Assembly: GCA_038496445.1 (NCBI GenBank)
Contig: JALMLS010000062.1
Location: 248,001 to 312,000 of the forward strand
Length of the DNA stretch: 64,000 nucleotides
DNA from: Trichosphaerium sp. ATCC 40318
Lineage: Eukaryota; Protista; Tubulinea
Direction of reading: 5' to 3'
Shown: positions 33,876 through 46,423 of the stretch, piece by piece
Layout: each line of letters opens with the position of its first letter
Position numbering within the stretch: position 1 is the first letter of the stretch
Notes under the pieces: model-generated
The model's input: the letters and a program-made list of their open reading frames with translations, nothing else
Databases searched by the model: none
Told to the model about the DNA's origin: nothing
Translations under genes and position numbers: made by a program

Positions 33876-36658
33876 ATGGCAACGAATAATTCAAAAAAAA
33901 TACCTAGTGTAAGTGTGAAAGCTGTATTTGTTGATTGACGCCCTACAAAGGTAGATACGGAAGCGCTGACGCTTCAGTCGCTACCAGCAGATGTAATAAA
34001 TCTAGTATTCGATATAATGGATGTAGCAGGCTTTGTACGCTGTCGTGAGCTATCTGTGGCATTTAGAACTGGTATTGACACTCACCCATTCGTTAACGTG
34101 CGTTTTTGATTCCCAGAAGACCATGTACACCACAAACAGTCTGAATATTGCTAAAGGAGTTTCTACCATTGTGGGATCTTATTTGGAAGTTCACAGATCC
34201 TGAGAAACCGATTGGAGACGCAGATACTGTAGGCGCCAAAGTTGTGCCTTATATCACTCGCAACATAAAGAACTCAAACCATCACTATGCAGAAGGTGCA
34301 GCATATTTATTCAACATTCTTATATTTGAGTCTTGCGAACAAGAGTTTGTTATGAAGCTCTATGATGTGGTAAGGAATCTCATTCTGTTTTCTTTCTTTT
34401 TTTTTCTTCGGTTTCTACGCTTACTTCTATTCAAAAACTAGGTCATGGAGGCAATCTTGGATGACTTGCTGTTAAGAGATCAACCAATGGTTAGAGAGTG
34501 TGCTTTGTGCGTTATTTTCAATACATTTGGATCTCGTACTCTAGATAAGGCAAGACAATACATTAAACGCTGTGTTGCACGTGTTGTAGCACTCCTACAT
34601 GATACGAACGATGCTGTAGCTATTCGCGCCTGGTACACAACGTATTAATTTAACACTCTTTCTAAACTACTGTAAGGGGTGCTTTGCAAGCATTAGCGCT
34701 TGCTATAGAAACTAGTACTGGGCCTGTACGCCATTTAAAACGTTTCGAGTATTTTTGATGTTGTTGTAGTTTAATAAGAGGCCTATGTACGCGTCTTTGC
34801 AAGAAATTATTGATGTGTTGACCAAGAATATAGTGGAGTGGAGATAGTACGTACTTGTTTTATTTTCATAACAGTGGAAGCATGTGACATTAGAAAAAAA
34901 ATGTGAAAAGTTACCAATAGGAAGAAAAAATACTTACATTTTTGGCTGGTTACTATTTCCTGTTTATTACTTACTTAATCCTAGTACCCTATTAGATACT
35001 GCTGGGAATTCAGTAGGAAGTCTATTGCATATCTTTCCTGTATCACATGGAGCTGTTACTTCTTTGCTGAATGCTGTTATTGATACAATAAAATCCAGGC
35101 TTGGGAAACCTTTTGTACGCGTTTTTGTCCTTATTCTGAACGGGAGCCAAAACACATTTATTTAATCTAGGCCCATAAATCAGAAAAAAATGGAATTATT
35201 GGTATGTTTGGTGTCCTTAACACATTAGTTAACGGAGGTTTTGGTACGAACACATTTTCTTTTTTTTTTTGATTGGAATTAAAAAGTTTGAAGTTCTTGA
35301 ACTTGTAGCTTTGTTTAACCTGTTTTATTATTAAGTGCATGATCCAAACAAAGTCATGGATGTTGTTGATCATGTAATAAAACAAGGATTCTTGGATGAT
35401 ACAATGTTAGAAGAGAGTCTAATGATTATAGGTGGATTAGCTACAGGTATTCTTATTTCTTTCTTAGTTTTGATACAAACAACCTTTCGCTGTCATTCTA
35501 ATCACATCATATTTTAGCTACAGGGGAAATGTTTTTACCTTTTAGAGATAGGTCTCATGTTTTCCTTCTACCACTTTTTGATAGCAAGATTCCATTGGTA
35601 CCTACAAAAAAAAACTCAAACAAAAATTATATTTTCCTATCTGTTCTGTTTTTCTGAGTTGTTTTTGTCCTCAGGTCCCTACTTTAGTAGCAGCTACATA
35701 TGGTGATATAGCTAGAGCTCTACGCGAAACCTTTGGTCCAATAGTACCGGACATAATAAAAGCAGCTTTACGTTGTTGTGAGGTAAAAAATCTACTAATA
35801 TTCTGTACTATAGGTAACAATGTTTTTTTGTAGACGTGCTCCGATAGCTCGCCATTTTTGGAGCTTATTGGTGACGTAATGATGGCTTCGAATGCGTTTA
35901 TGCCATTCACGGATCAAATCATTGATAGGATTGATGTTGCGTGGAAGGACGTTCAAACGCAGGACTTAAGCAAATTGGAGTATGATGACATGAAGCTACC
36001 TGTTGCCTTATGTTCACTATTAACGTCCACTTGTCATTCTACGGAAAGTACGGTCACCTCCTTCCATTTTATTTCTTTTATGAAAATACATACGAACCAA
36101 CCTCTGTGCTATCAGTGAGTTAAAGCAATCTATGATAAGTGTAGTCTTCAAAACATTTTTATTTTTTATTACTACTATTTTACACGTGAAAAATATGACA
36201 CAATGTGTTTATATCTTCAACCCTTGAATATTCCCTCGTGTTTGATTAACACTTTTACATTATAGTTGATGTGGTTAAAAAATTATCAGAGATGATTGTG
36301 AACTTTTGTTCAAAGATGATACCTGTTTTTGATAATGTAAATTCAGACGATATGGGTTCCTTTATTGGATTGCTGGGGTACCACTCTTTTGATTTTTTTG
36401 AATTGGTTCCGGTGTAGTGCATAGTGCATGTGCATGGGCTGTATCCACGAACTCATGGATTCACAAAATGCGGCTTGAGGTTTTTTTTTCAACTATATTT
36501 GAATTAACACAGTTAGGGATTTGGCCAGCCGTTGTAAACCGGGTCCTCCTCCAGTTGAACAAGAACTCATTACCCTAATAGAAAAGTATAACAATCATCC
36601 AAACCATGGTCGTACAGCCCTATGGGCTTTACAACAACTGTACGTATTCAAACGATAA
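33876..36658 (+). CDS. F-box-like N-terminus fused to importin-beta-like HEAT repeats
   Basis: LQSLPADVINLVFDIMD..FVRCRELSVAFR, then VVPYITRNIKNSNHHYAEGAA, DQPMVRECA, EESLMIIGGLA, VPTLVAATYGDIA, GLLGDLA...TALWALQQL. An extra last exon to about 36717 is possible. Confidence 0.7.
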
Positions 36659-37446
36659 CAAAGTACTTTTTTTTCTGATTTTTTTTTTCAAGTCGAGCAC
36701 GTTCAAGCAGGCAGTAAGTACAATAAAAGAAGTTTTATTATCTACGACTTTTCATAATTCCCTTTTTTTTCTGCTGAGTACTTTGTTAATTTGCTAACAA
36801 TTGGTTCTTCTTCTATTTTCGTGGTTTTTTCTTATTCATTCGATCAAAAAAAGCAGTTTGAAAAGACATGTTGTGGAGATACATATAAAGAGTTCAACAT
36901 GTGATAATTTCAAAAAAATTTACAAGTTTGCTGTTGCTAGCAAAAAGTATACCAACCAATACTTTTTGTATTGCTCTACAAGGAGCGTAGAGTCTGAAAA
37001 AGGGTTCAGAATTTGTGCAAAAATTTGAAATGTAAATGATCATCTGCAAAAGGATACCTATGTTCACAAACCATCTCGAAAAATCAGGCTTAGCGCTCTA
37101 ACACAAATGGCGCTATTTCAGGCCAAATCCCGGTTCGTTACGTAGTGTTTTTAACCCCAACCGTGTTCCTTTGTTGATTTCGTTTCATCAACACCAGTTG
37201 ACGACAAACAAGGCAACAATGTACTAATTTAGTTGCAAGTTTTCGAAAAGGAAAGAAGGGTACTGTATTTGTACCGCTGTAATTCTTTTAGTTATTCAAA
37301 AAACAGTGCTTCTGAGTAAAACTCACGAAGTTTGAAGTCAGTTACGGTCTCAAGGTCAGTCCGACGTCTAAGACAACTTTTAAGTATCTCCACGCACGAG
37401 GCATTAGCAAGTGATATCTAATAAACGTACTCGTTTACTCTAAATA

Positions 37447-39728
37447 ATGAGAGAACGAGTTATATCGTTTATTGCGCTTGTGACCTTATCGTTTGCGCTT
37501 GAATCGCTTGGTGGTATCGTATCCACCTGTGAATACAAAGGAATGCGTTATCAACTTCACAACAACGCAGAATCAACAACAGAATACCCAGGAGGGTGGG
37601 AAAATGGCTGCAGTGGCGGTACCTATGCCCAAAATCGATATAAAACGTTCTAATACAATTCAGAGTTCGAAATGCTTAAAATTACAGATCTAGACGAGTC
37701 TATAGCTATTACTAATTTCCCAGTGCGTTTACATAAACGGAAACTGCCAAAACAATTCACTTCCACCAAAATTACTTTCATTGGCTTCTAAACACATAAT
37801 ATCGCCTTTCAAACGTATTGAAAAGTCTTTTTAAAAAAGGGCGTCAAGTGACGTTATTTGGTTTACCAAATACGCCAAGGAGCTTACTCACTTTGATATA
37901 TTGCGAAAAAACACCCTTACAAGTATTTTCTTTTTTGAAGCATCAAATGTAACTTTTTATTTCAAGCCTATACGACTGCATTTGAACAGCCAAACAACGT
38001 GGTGGGACTCAACACCTATTATACAAGAGTTATACAAGAGCTGGGAATCTCCTTCGTTTCCTTGTGCTCATTACGAGAACGTACGTCCAAAACAAGACTA
38101 GAAGCCAAACCGTTGCTTTAAACTAATCAGTACTCCTCTCTAGAGCATCCTGAATGTCCCTTGTAATACACCATATTTTGTTTGCGAATCAAACGCACAA
38201 GGCCCTTCGGATGGTAGTTGTATAGAGCCTACAATGGAGTGCACAGAAGGTTCTTTAGACACTGCTAATTTTGATGGTAAGATCAAAGTTTCGCTTCCTT
38301 GATGACTGCCGCTCGTTAAATGTTACTTTTAGGTCATTGCTACGGACGTTATGATATAGCTAATTCTACTTGGCACCGCAACGAGCTTGAGTGTCGCCTT
38401 CGTGGAGGATACTTGGCTGTTATTACGTCAAGAGAAGAATATGATTTTATCAAATCAAACTTTAGTGATACAGCTATTGTAAGATGGAACTCCATTGGAC
38501 TTACTGCGTTTGGCAAAAATAATCGGTCTGACTTTACTTGGGTACACGTGCACATAGAACAACATCATTTGAAGAAAAAAACCAGCAACACTTTTTTTTT
38601 TCATTTCTTTTTGAAAAGACTCACACTACAATATTTAGCAATCTAGTCCAAGTGAGGACTTAGTATTTGGTGCTATCACACCACCTAACGTAAGTTCATT
38701 TCCTTGGGGTAACGCTGAACCACAATACGATGAGGGTTGCGTGTTAATGTACGCTTTTTGATTAAATTCGATCGAAAAAATTTTGTGTGGATTTTTTTTT
38801 ATTCAAATAGATCTATTGAAAATAACTGCCTTAATTGATACCATGCAGCTCTTTCACAGTTGATAACTTTATTGGGGACAATGTCAACTAACTTATTTGT
38901 CAGGTCAAGTATTGGTACATGGGGAGACTATCATTGCCCTCTCCAGGACTTAGATGGTTATCCTATAGTTCCACTATGCGAGTTTGATTTCTTACCACTG
39001 GTGTCCATATTTTGGCCTAATGTTACAAAGAATAATGGCGATATAGTTCTTGAAGGAACAAAAATAATAGAGGGTAAGAGTGTTGGGTCTAACGCTTTTT
39101 TTTTTCTTTCTTTTTTCTCAATAACTCTGGTTCCATGTGATGTCTTCTTATTTCTTTTCTAGGTGACTTTGACATACCTCCAAATACTACGTTTGTATTA
39201 GGTAGTGGTGATGTAGTTTTAAACGTTAAAGAATGTATAATAACAACGACAATTTTTGTAAAGCCAACAGAGGAGGTAAGTTCTCATTTTTTTCTTCTTG
39301 GGATTTTTTTTTCCCTACTATCCTAATAAATACTGTTCATTCATTTGGTAAAACAAGCTATATGTTTCGACTCTCGAAACAGAAGCTTATTGACAAAATC
39401 GTTTTTACTTGTTCAGATCAATGAGCAAATTTTTTTCGTAGAATTTTTTTTTGTTACTTTTTCCCACCCTTCCTTTCTGTTTTACTTATGAGTATCATTA
39501 TAGACAAAGAGTATTTCAGTAATATATAGCGATTCATGTATTGAAATCGTTACTCTTGAATCAGACATAAAAGCATGCAAGAGAGTAGTCAGAGATGAAA
39601 AATTATCAAAAATTACTCTTTTTTTAGACTTTAATTTAAAAAGTAATGATTGTAGCTCCACTCTTAGTGTAGTACACTCAAACTCTCTTTATATTCTAGT
39701 GTTACTAATAGTAACACTTTTACTATAA
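37447..39728 (+). CDS. GPI-anchored C-type lectin-like protein
   Basis: Signal peptide; GHCY..TW..ELECRLRGGYLAVITSREEYDFI, IGL..FTW, WGNAEP..GCV, GTWGDYHC..LCE; hydrophobic C-terminal tail. One early exon junction is unresolved. Confidence 0.75.
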
Positions 39729-39974
39729 CAATTGTAAACTCTTTTGATGGGGTGTACAAAGCTCCAACTAAGAGAAAAAAACCAATTAATTGTAATTTAA
39801 CTAAACTTATTTCAAGACCTTTGTTTTGAATTTCAAAAACATTCACAACTATGCCTATCTTTAGCAAAAACTATCCTGTTCACACTGTGATAAGTGGAAA
39901 TTTCGATGGTTTTTCAAAACTGTGCTTAACTAAATTTAGCCGCTTACCATTCTTGCACTCAGCACTGACGCAAT

Positions 39975-41318
39975 ATGGCTGATAGTAACGGCGACGCAGT
40001 AAAACTCGATTCTCTACCTACTGAAGTACTTGCAATGATTTGCGACTACTTTAAAGACAAAGAGCGAGTTATTTCCGCTCAGCTATGCTCTAGAACGGCT
40101 TCAGTTATACACGATATTGTAGGATACATCAATATAACCATTAAAACCATCGAAGACGCCAAAAGAGTTAGTAAATTCCCAGGCGTTCTAAATCGTACCA
40201 TTATACGTGGAAAATGCGGTATTGTCCACCTTAAAGGTGCTAAGCACATTGAGTGGTTACAGGTTATCGATGATGCTGGTTTTAAAGCTATCGCTGGCGT
40301 ACGTTCCTTAACCTTGTACTCTACACCGATAGCATCACATGAAGGCTACCGCGCTCTCTCTGGACTCCATACTTTAGAAGTTCACAATTATTTGCCAAAT
40401 GACGGAATTTTAAAGTATCTCGCAGGCGTTCACACGGTTTGCTTACCAAACGTCAAAGCTACCAGCGATGAAGGTTTATCAGCAATAGCAGGAGTACACA
40501 CGATTGACATACGGGGAGCTAATGGCATAACGGATAAGGGCATAGCTAAACTAGCAGGAGTTCATTCTATATGCATTAACAGTTGTACTGGCGTTACAGA
40601 CAAAGGGATAAAAGCCCTTGCAGGCGTTCATACGATATCTCTTAGAAGTTGCCGCCAGGTAACTGATAGAGGCATTGAATGCTTAAAAGGAGTACATACG
40701 ATTGATCTAGGCACGTCACCTAACATCTCAAGTGAAGGTATTAAGGCGTTGGCTGGTGTACACACGTTAATACTATCTGAATGTCCTGGCATTGATGAAG
40801 GTGTAAGAGCTTTAAAGGGTGTACATACACTTAACCTCAGTTGTTGTCGTATTACAGATTATGCTCTTGAAACACTTTCTGGAGTACATACTTTGAATCT
40901 AAGTGCATCTCTTGTTACTGATGTTGGTTTAAAGCATATTGCAGGTGTTCATTCATTAAATCTGGCCGAAGCACATCATATCTCAGATGAAGGTCTTAAA
41001 CACCTCTCTGGTATACATACTATTGATTTAAGCTGGTGTACTCAGATAACAGATGATGGTTTCTCTCATTTATCAGGTTCTCACAGTGTTACTCTTGTTG
41101 AGACGAATATTGGAGATAGAGGTCTTAAAGCACTTGCAGGTGTTAAGTTTATTGAGCTTATTGAGTGTGAGCATATTACTGATGAAGGAGTAAAGTGTTT
41201 AGTTGGTGTTGAGTATATTAATATTACTGATGCTGAGAATGTGTCATCTAATATAAGGGATGTACTTGTTGGTTCTAATGTTGTAACAAACTTTGGGTTT
41301 GCATTAAGTAGACACTGA
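39975..41318 (+). CDS. Intronless F-box + LRR protein (GVHTLxLSxCxxITD repeats)
   Basis: 447-aa single ORF; LDSLPTEVLAMICDYF followed by about 14 repeats of roughly 22 aa. Confidence 0.9.
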   Translation: MADSNGDAVKLDSLPTEVLAMICDYFKDKERVISAQLCSRTASVIHDIVGYINITIKTIEDAKRVSKFPGVLNRTIIRGKCGIVHLKGAKHIEWLQVIDDAGFKAIAGVRSLTLYSTPIASHEGYRALSGLHTLEVHNYLPNDGILKYLAGVHTVCLPNVKATSDEGLSAIAGVHTIDIRGANGITDKGIAKLAGVHSICINSCTGVTDKGIKALAGVHTISLRSCRQVTDRGIECLKGVHTIDLGTSPNISSEGIKALAGVHTLILSECPGIDEGVRALKGVHTLNLSCCRITDYALETLSGVHTLNLSASLVTDVGLKHIAGVHSLNLAEAHHISDEGLKHLSGIHTIDLSWCTQITDDGFSHLSGSHSVTLVETNIGDRGLKALAGVKFIELIECEHITDEGVKCLVGVEYINITDAENVSSNIRDVLVGSNVVTNFGFALSRH

Positions 41319-41568
41319 TAGCAGATTGTTTATGATGAGTGTGACATGTAATGTGTAACATTAATAGATTGCGAAAAAGCAGTTCACACCAGGTAAAGAC
41401 ATTATAGTCTAATTTAATCATCTACTCTCATTACTAGTCTAACAAAGCAGAATGTGTAACCTTGAATGGCGTATTATTCATTACCTAATAACTTGCTTTT
41501 TACCTATTGTTCGTTTGACCTGAGAAATTGCATGAAAAAAAAGAAGATAAAAAAGTGAATGGAGAACT

Positions 41569-42543
41569 TTATTCTTCACCTGAAACAATTACAACAACCT
41601 TCCCCTTTGCGTGACCGTCTCCTAAATAATTAAAAGCATCTGATACCTCATCGAATCCAAATGTTTTATCGACAATAGTACTGATACTTCCTGCTTCAAT
41701 AGCAGACAGAATCTCGTCCATTCCTTTGTTTTCTTCGGCGGCCAATACACCCATCTTTTGGTTAGACACTGCGGATGTCCATGAACCGTAACCCAAAGTC
41801 TTGAATATATTACTCACTTGGCCACCTACCATACAATAGCTCCCTTTGGGAGTCAAACATTTACGGTATCCAGTAAGGTCATGTGCTGCAACAAAGTCAA
41901 CGATCAAATCGTACTTTTTTCCGCTTTTCGTAAAATCTTCATTTTTATAATCAATCACGTGATCAGCACCAATACCTCTCATGAATTCAAATTTGCTTGA
42001 ACTATCAACACCAGTAATATTAGCACCAAAATACTTTGCAAACTGTATAGCAAAAGACCCTGAGCCTCCACCAGCTCCGTTTATAAGAATTCTTTGACCA
42101 GGTGTTATATCGCCATTATACTTCAATGCTTGAAGCGCAACACATGCTGCTTGTGGGATTGCTGCGGCTTCTACGAATGACATGCCTTTAGGTTTAAGTG
42201 TAAGGCACTTTTCTGGTATTGCAGCATACTCAGCAAGACCTCCATGAACAGCCATCGCATCGCCAAAAACTTCGTCGTTTTTTTTAAATTTCGTAACGTT
42301 TTTTCCTACTGCTTCAACTGTTCCGGCAATATCTGACCCCAGAATGGTTCTGCTTGGTTTTGTTAGTCCCCATATACGCACATAAACTGGGTGACCCCTC
42401 AGGAACTCAATATCGGATGAATTAAGCGATACAGCGTGTACTTTTACTAAAACTTCATCTTTCTTGGGTATTGGTTTAGGAACCTGTACGTGGTGTAATA
42501 CATCGTCTGGAGAACCGTAAGAAGTATATTTAACAGCTTTCAT
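41569..42543 (-). CDS. Intronless NAD(P)-dependent MDR-family oxidoreductase (quinone reductase/RTN4IP1-like)
   Basis: 324-aa ORF; VHAVSLN, ILGSDIAGTVEAVG, LINGAGGGSGSFAIQ, GADHVIDY, GHAKGKVV. Confidence 0.93.
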   Translation of the reverse strand: MKAVKYTSYGSPDDVLHHVQVPKPIPKKDEVLVKVHAVSLNSSDIEFLRGHPVYVRIWGLTKPSRTILGSDIAGTVEAVGKNVTKFKKNDEVFGDAMAVHGGLAEYAAIPEKCLTLKPKGMSFVEAAAIPQAACVALQALKYNGDITPGQRILINGAGGGSGSFAIQFAKYFGANITGVDSSSKFEFMRGIGADHVIDYKNEDFTKSGKKYDLIVDFVAAHDLTGYRKCLTPKGSYCMVGGQVSNIFKTLGYGSWTSAVSNQKMGVLAAEENKGMDEILSAIEAGSISTIVDKTFGFDEVSDAFNYLGDGHAKGKVVVIVSGEE

Positions 42544-43118
42544 CGTGAACCGTTAGGTGTTTTTAGTTTTATAATAAACCGACAATCTTGACTGTTCACG
42601 ACCGGACACAAAATTTAGACCGTTCTGAAAAATGTACTGGCCTCGCACATAAAATAAACCCGATGATCTATCAAGGTAGAATATCAATACGACAGAACGT
42701 TTTGTGCGCTGTAAAGCGTGTTTGACCTATTTTTTTTTGCTAAATGCAGATAACTCCACCAGAGTATGAAAGCTATCCTATTAACGCATCTCTATGGAGT
42801 ATTTTGTGCGATGGTAAAAAGTCACATGCTTGGTACTAATCGGGTAGTTGCCTTTTCGAAAAGTTGCCTAGATAAATTACATTATCTTACCTCAGCTGAC
42901 TCAACAAATAAAAAAAAAAGAGAAGCTCGTTACCATCTCAATAGATAGGTAATGTGATGTATGTATAATGAGAAAACGAATTTAGAAGGGAGGACACAAG
43001 GCTGACAAAGAGATGTTATGTTGATTTTAAAAGAAATAAAACGACAACTTAGAATATTTGGGCTGTTAAAACTGATTTATTATGTTACTGTGTCTCTATG
43101 TGAAAGTTGGTTGGAAGT

Positions 43119-46100
43119 CTATGACGATCCACGGTGAAGAGTGTGAATATTCCAGAGCTGTGGGTTGTTTGTCATTGCTCTTGGTCTGCATCCGTTACAG
43201 CAAGCTGTCTTTCTCATACAATAGCATCTGTAACCAAATCCACCGCTGTAAGACAACCAGCTGAGTTGTTGAGTGTAGATAATATCAGAACACTGTGAGT
43301 CTTTTGCAGCGGCAGCAGCACAATCGTTAGCGAAGTGACGGTTATGCCAAGGGTCAACACGCCCTCTGATGAATACTTCCTTCTTACAATCTCTCCATGT
43401 TTCTCCAGGACAATCGTGATGTCTTGGTTTATCTCTTCCAAGGTATTGGTAACCGAAGTGACCGTCACAGAACATGCCGGCTTCCTTCAAGATAAGTGCA
43501 GGTGGATCGAAGGCAGGTGTATCAGATTTTGGTTCCAAGTCGCAGTTTCTGCAGTCGTTCGTCATAGGCCATTTAGGTTGACGTGTAACGTTTTTGTTAA
43601 GGTTAACAGCGTCACAAGATATGCACTCGTCTCCGTGTCTCCATGGGATATCTTGATGTTGTGGAGGGATAACGAATCCAGGGAATAGACGTCCAGATCC
43701 CTTAAACCAACATGTCGAGTGGTAAGCAGGGTCTCCTGCGTGTGTTACTTCTTCTGGGCCGAATGTCTCTGTAGCTCTTCTTGCGCGGACAGTGAAGCAC
43801 ATGTCTACGTTTGCCCATGGTTCTCCAAGATTTATTACGTTGTCTTTGCATATTTGAGGGATAAGGTTGGCTTGGCCGTTGTATCTGTTTGCCTCAAGTA
43901 CTCTAGGTAGGACCATGTATCCTTGGCATGAACCTCTTCTCTCACAAGCTCTTTGACATACGTCAGCATCGTTGTAGATTCTATGACAGTCTAAAAAGAA
44001 CGATTAGAATAAGAACAACAACGTAAGATAAACAAAACACGGCAAAAAAACGAGACCAATAAAAAAAACTAAAAAGAAACACGTGTTTTTTGTTCAAACA
44101 GTTTTCTTGTGTAACCAAAAAACGAAACAGAAAAAAAATCAAAGTATCCACATACCAAATACATCTTGTGGGTCAGGGAAGAAGCAATGATCAATACGAC
44201 TAGATAATAAAGTCAGAACTCGAACGAAAACTGAAAAAAAAAAAAGAGAAAACAAAAAAAAAGCAAGAGAACTTACGTGAATCCACCAGCTGGGTTTGGA
44301 AGACCGTAGATATCTGCTACTTGTCTGTTGACGTAGTTAACATCAAGACAATCTCTGTAACCTCTCCATAGCCATTGAATAACGTAGTCACCAAATGCAG
44401 CACCATTTGGTATTGAAAGTCTTACCATATCAGCATCTTGTGGTCTGTGTGCGTGATGCTCGAACTTGAAGATACCAAGGACGAAGTCAAGCTTGTTGTT
44501 GGTGTATTCGCAGTAATTTCTGACTTCAAGATCGTTCTTGTATCCGAATAATGTAGCGTCATCTGCCCATAGACCGAAAGCTTCTGGTCGTGGAATAAAG
44601 TTTGGAGAAGTTTCAGCGATTGGACCGCTGTAGTATTGCAAGAAAGCATTAAAGCCGGCATCGCGAGCTCTGAATTGTCTGTGGTATACAGGTAGATTCT
44701 GGCAAGCGCTGTTTGGTGCTTCGCTCAAATATGTTTCCATAAGGTCGAAAGATACCTCTCTAAGTCTTGCTTCATCTTCAGCCTTGACAATGACGTAGTA
44801 TGATGGTTGGGTGTGACCAACAGACCATTCGATTTCAAATTGTTGATTTGGACCAACTTGAACGTGAGGAGAAGCTTGTCTTCTTGATGGACATGGAGTT
44901 TGGGTACTAGCAATATCTGCGCTTCTGCCAATTCCGAATTGCCAGTTATGGGCTTGAGTGGTTGGGAAGGAAACCAAAGCGATGAGGAAGAGAGCCAAGA
45001 CGACTGAAGTTGTCATCTTTCCAGAAGAACGCATCGTCAAACCGAGGACAGCGAGAGCCATGAACAAGAAAGATGTTGTCGATTTTGTGGCAGGTGAAGT
45101 TGCGCCTCTTGCAGCAATAACAGTTCTACCTGGGTTGGCAGGAGGAAGAGTATTTGCGAGACATTTGCACATACGAAGTCTGAAAAAAAAAAGTAAGTTC
45201 AAGAAACTTGAGTAAGAAAAAAAAAAACAAAAAGTAGTTTTGACTTTGAGTGTTGACATACCCGATTCTTGTGTCACCGCTTCTGGAGTCACAAGTAACA
45301 CGTCCAGTATTACGTCCTTGGTCGGCACATCTTGTGTCGTCATAGTAGCAAAGACCATCAGTACCCATTGTAGCTCCTTTGTTGCTACAACCACTGACGT
45401 AAGGAAGTTTGCAAGGGAAACTTTGTGGAATAATAAGCTGTTCAATTCTTGTTGGGCTGTTAACGCGCTCCATATGGACAACATCACATTGGAGATTCTC
45501 TTCGGCACATCTATCAGTACAAGATTGACCTCTCTAAGAAGAAACATTAGTTTCAGACCAAAAATAAAGACAAAAAAAGAAGGCTTACCTTGGATTGAAA
45601 CCATGTTTGACGTGGTTTACGTGAACTTGACTCTCCGAGTTTGAGTGGACCTGCGCCACCATTTGGCCAATAAAAGGCGCCAGTATTGGCGTCACCTTGC
45701 TTAATTAAGCAATGAAACGTTACTGGACCTGTTCCCTTTGGAGGAGCCTTCCATTTCCATGTTGACTTGAGAGGCTTGAGTTCAGCGCTCTGGTGTGTAA
45801 TACTCTGGCGACACTCGTGTGTATTAGGCCAAGGTAATTGAAAGAATGCTAAACAAAAAGAAGTCAACACGTGAACGAAAAGTACAAAAAAAAAAAAACA
45901 CAAAGTCTGAAAATAAAGTGTTACAATTAACAGAATTGAATCACATTCATCAACCGGAAAAACTAAAAGAAGCGAAAAAAAAACCCAAATAAATGATCTT
46001 TTTCAACGTACGGTTTGCTTCATCAGGTAGAAGCCATTCACCAACTCTGTTACCAGCCTCATCTTGAGCGTATATGAGAATACCGCGGTATTTGAAGGCA

Positions 46101-46423
46101 TAGTTGTTGACACGAATGCTAATATCCATAACTTTTTCTGGGATGTATTCGTCCTCTTTAGCATCTTCTGCACCAGCCCATGTGCTGTATGCACCGCTGC
46201 GAACGACCTTTGTAGCCCAAGACATACGAGGTTCTGGTCTTTTGTTACAGGTAAGTCTGTCGACTCTACCATTTCTGAATACTCTGTAATCAGCAGGAGG
46301 GCATCCCCAATCAGGAGAAGCAGCATCGCAGTTAGGTACAGAAGCTGTTGGTCTTGAAGCACCGTAAACGGTCGCAATAAGAGCGATCAAGTAAAGCGAG
46401 GCTAAGAAAAAAGCACCACGCAT
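43119..46423 (-). CDS. Secreted Reeler-domain protein fused via an internal signal peptide to a His-brace-like domain and Cys-rich tail
   Basis: Reeler motifs YRGILIYAQD..VGEW and SITH..WKWKAPPKGTGPVTF; Cys-rich segment; two hydrophobic stretches; TQA|HNW...WSVGH...YVIQWLWRGYRDCLDV. Five GT-AG introns. Confidence 0.8.
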
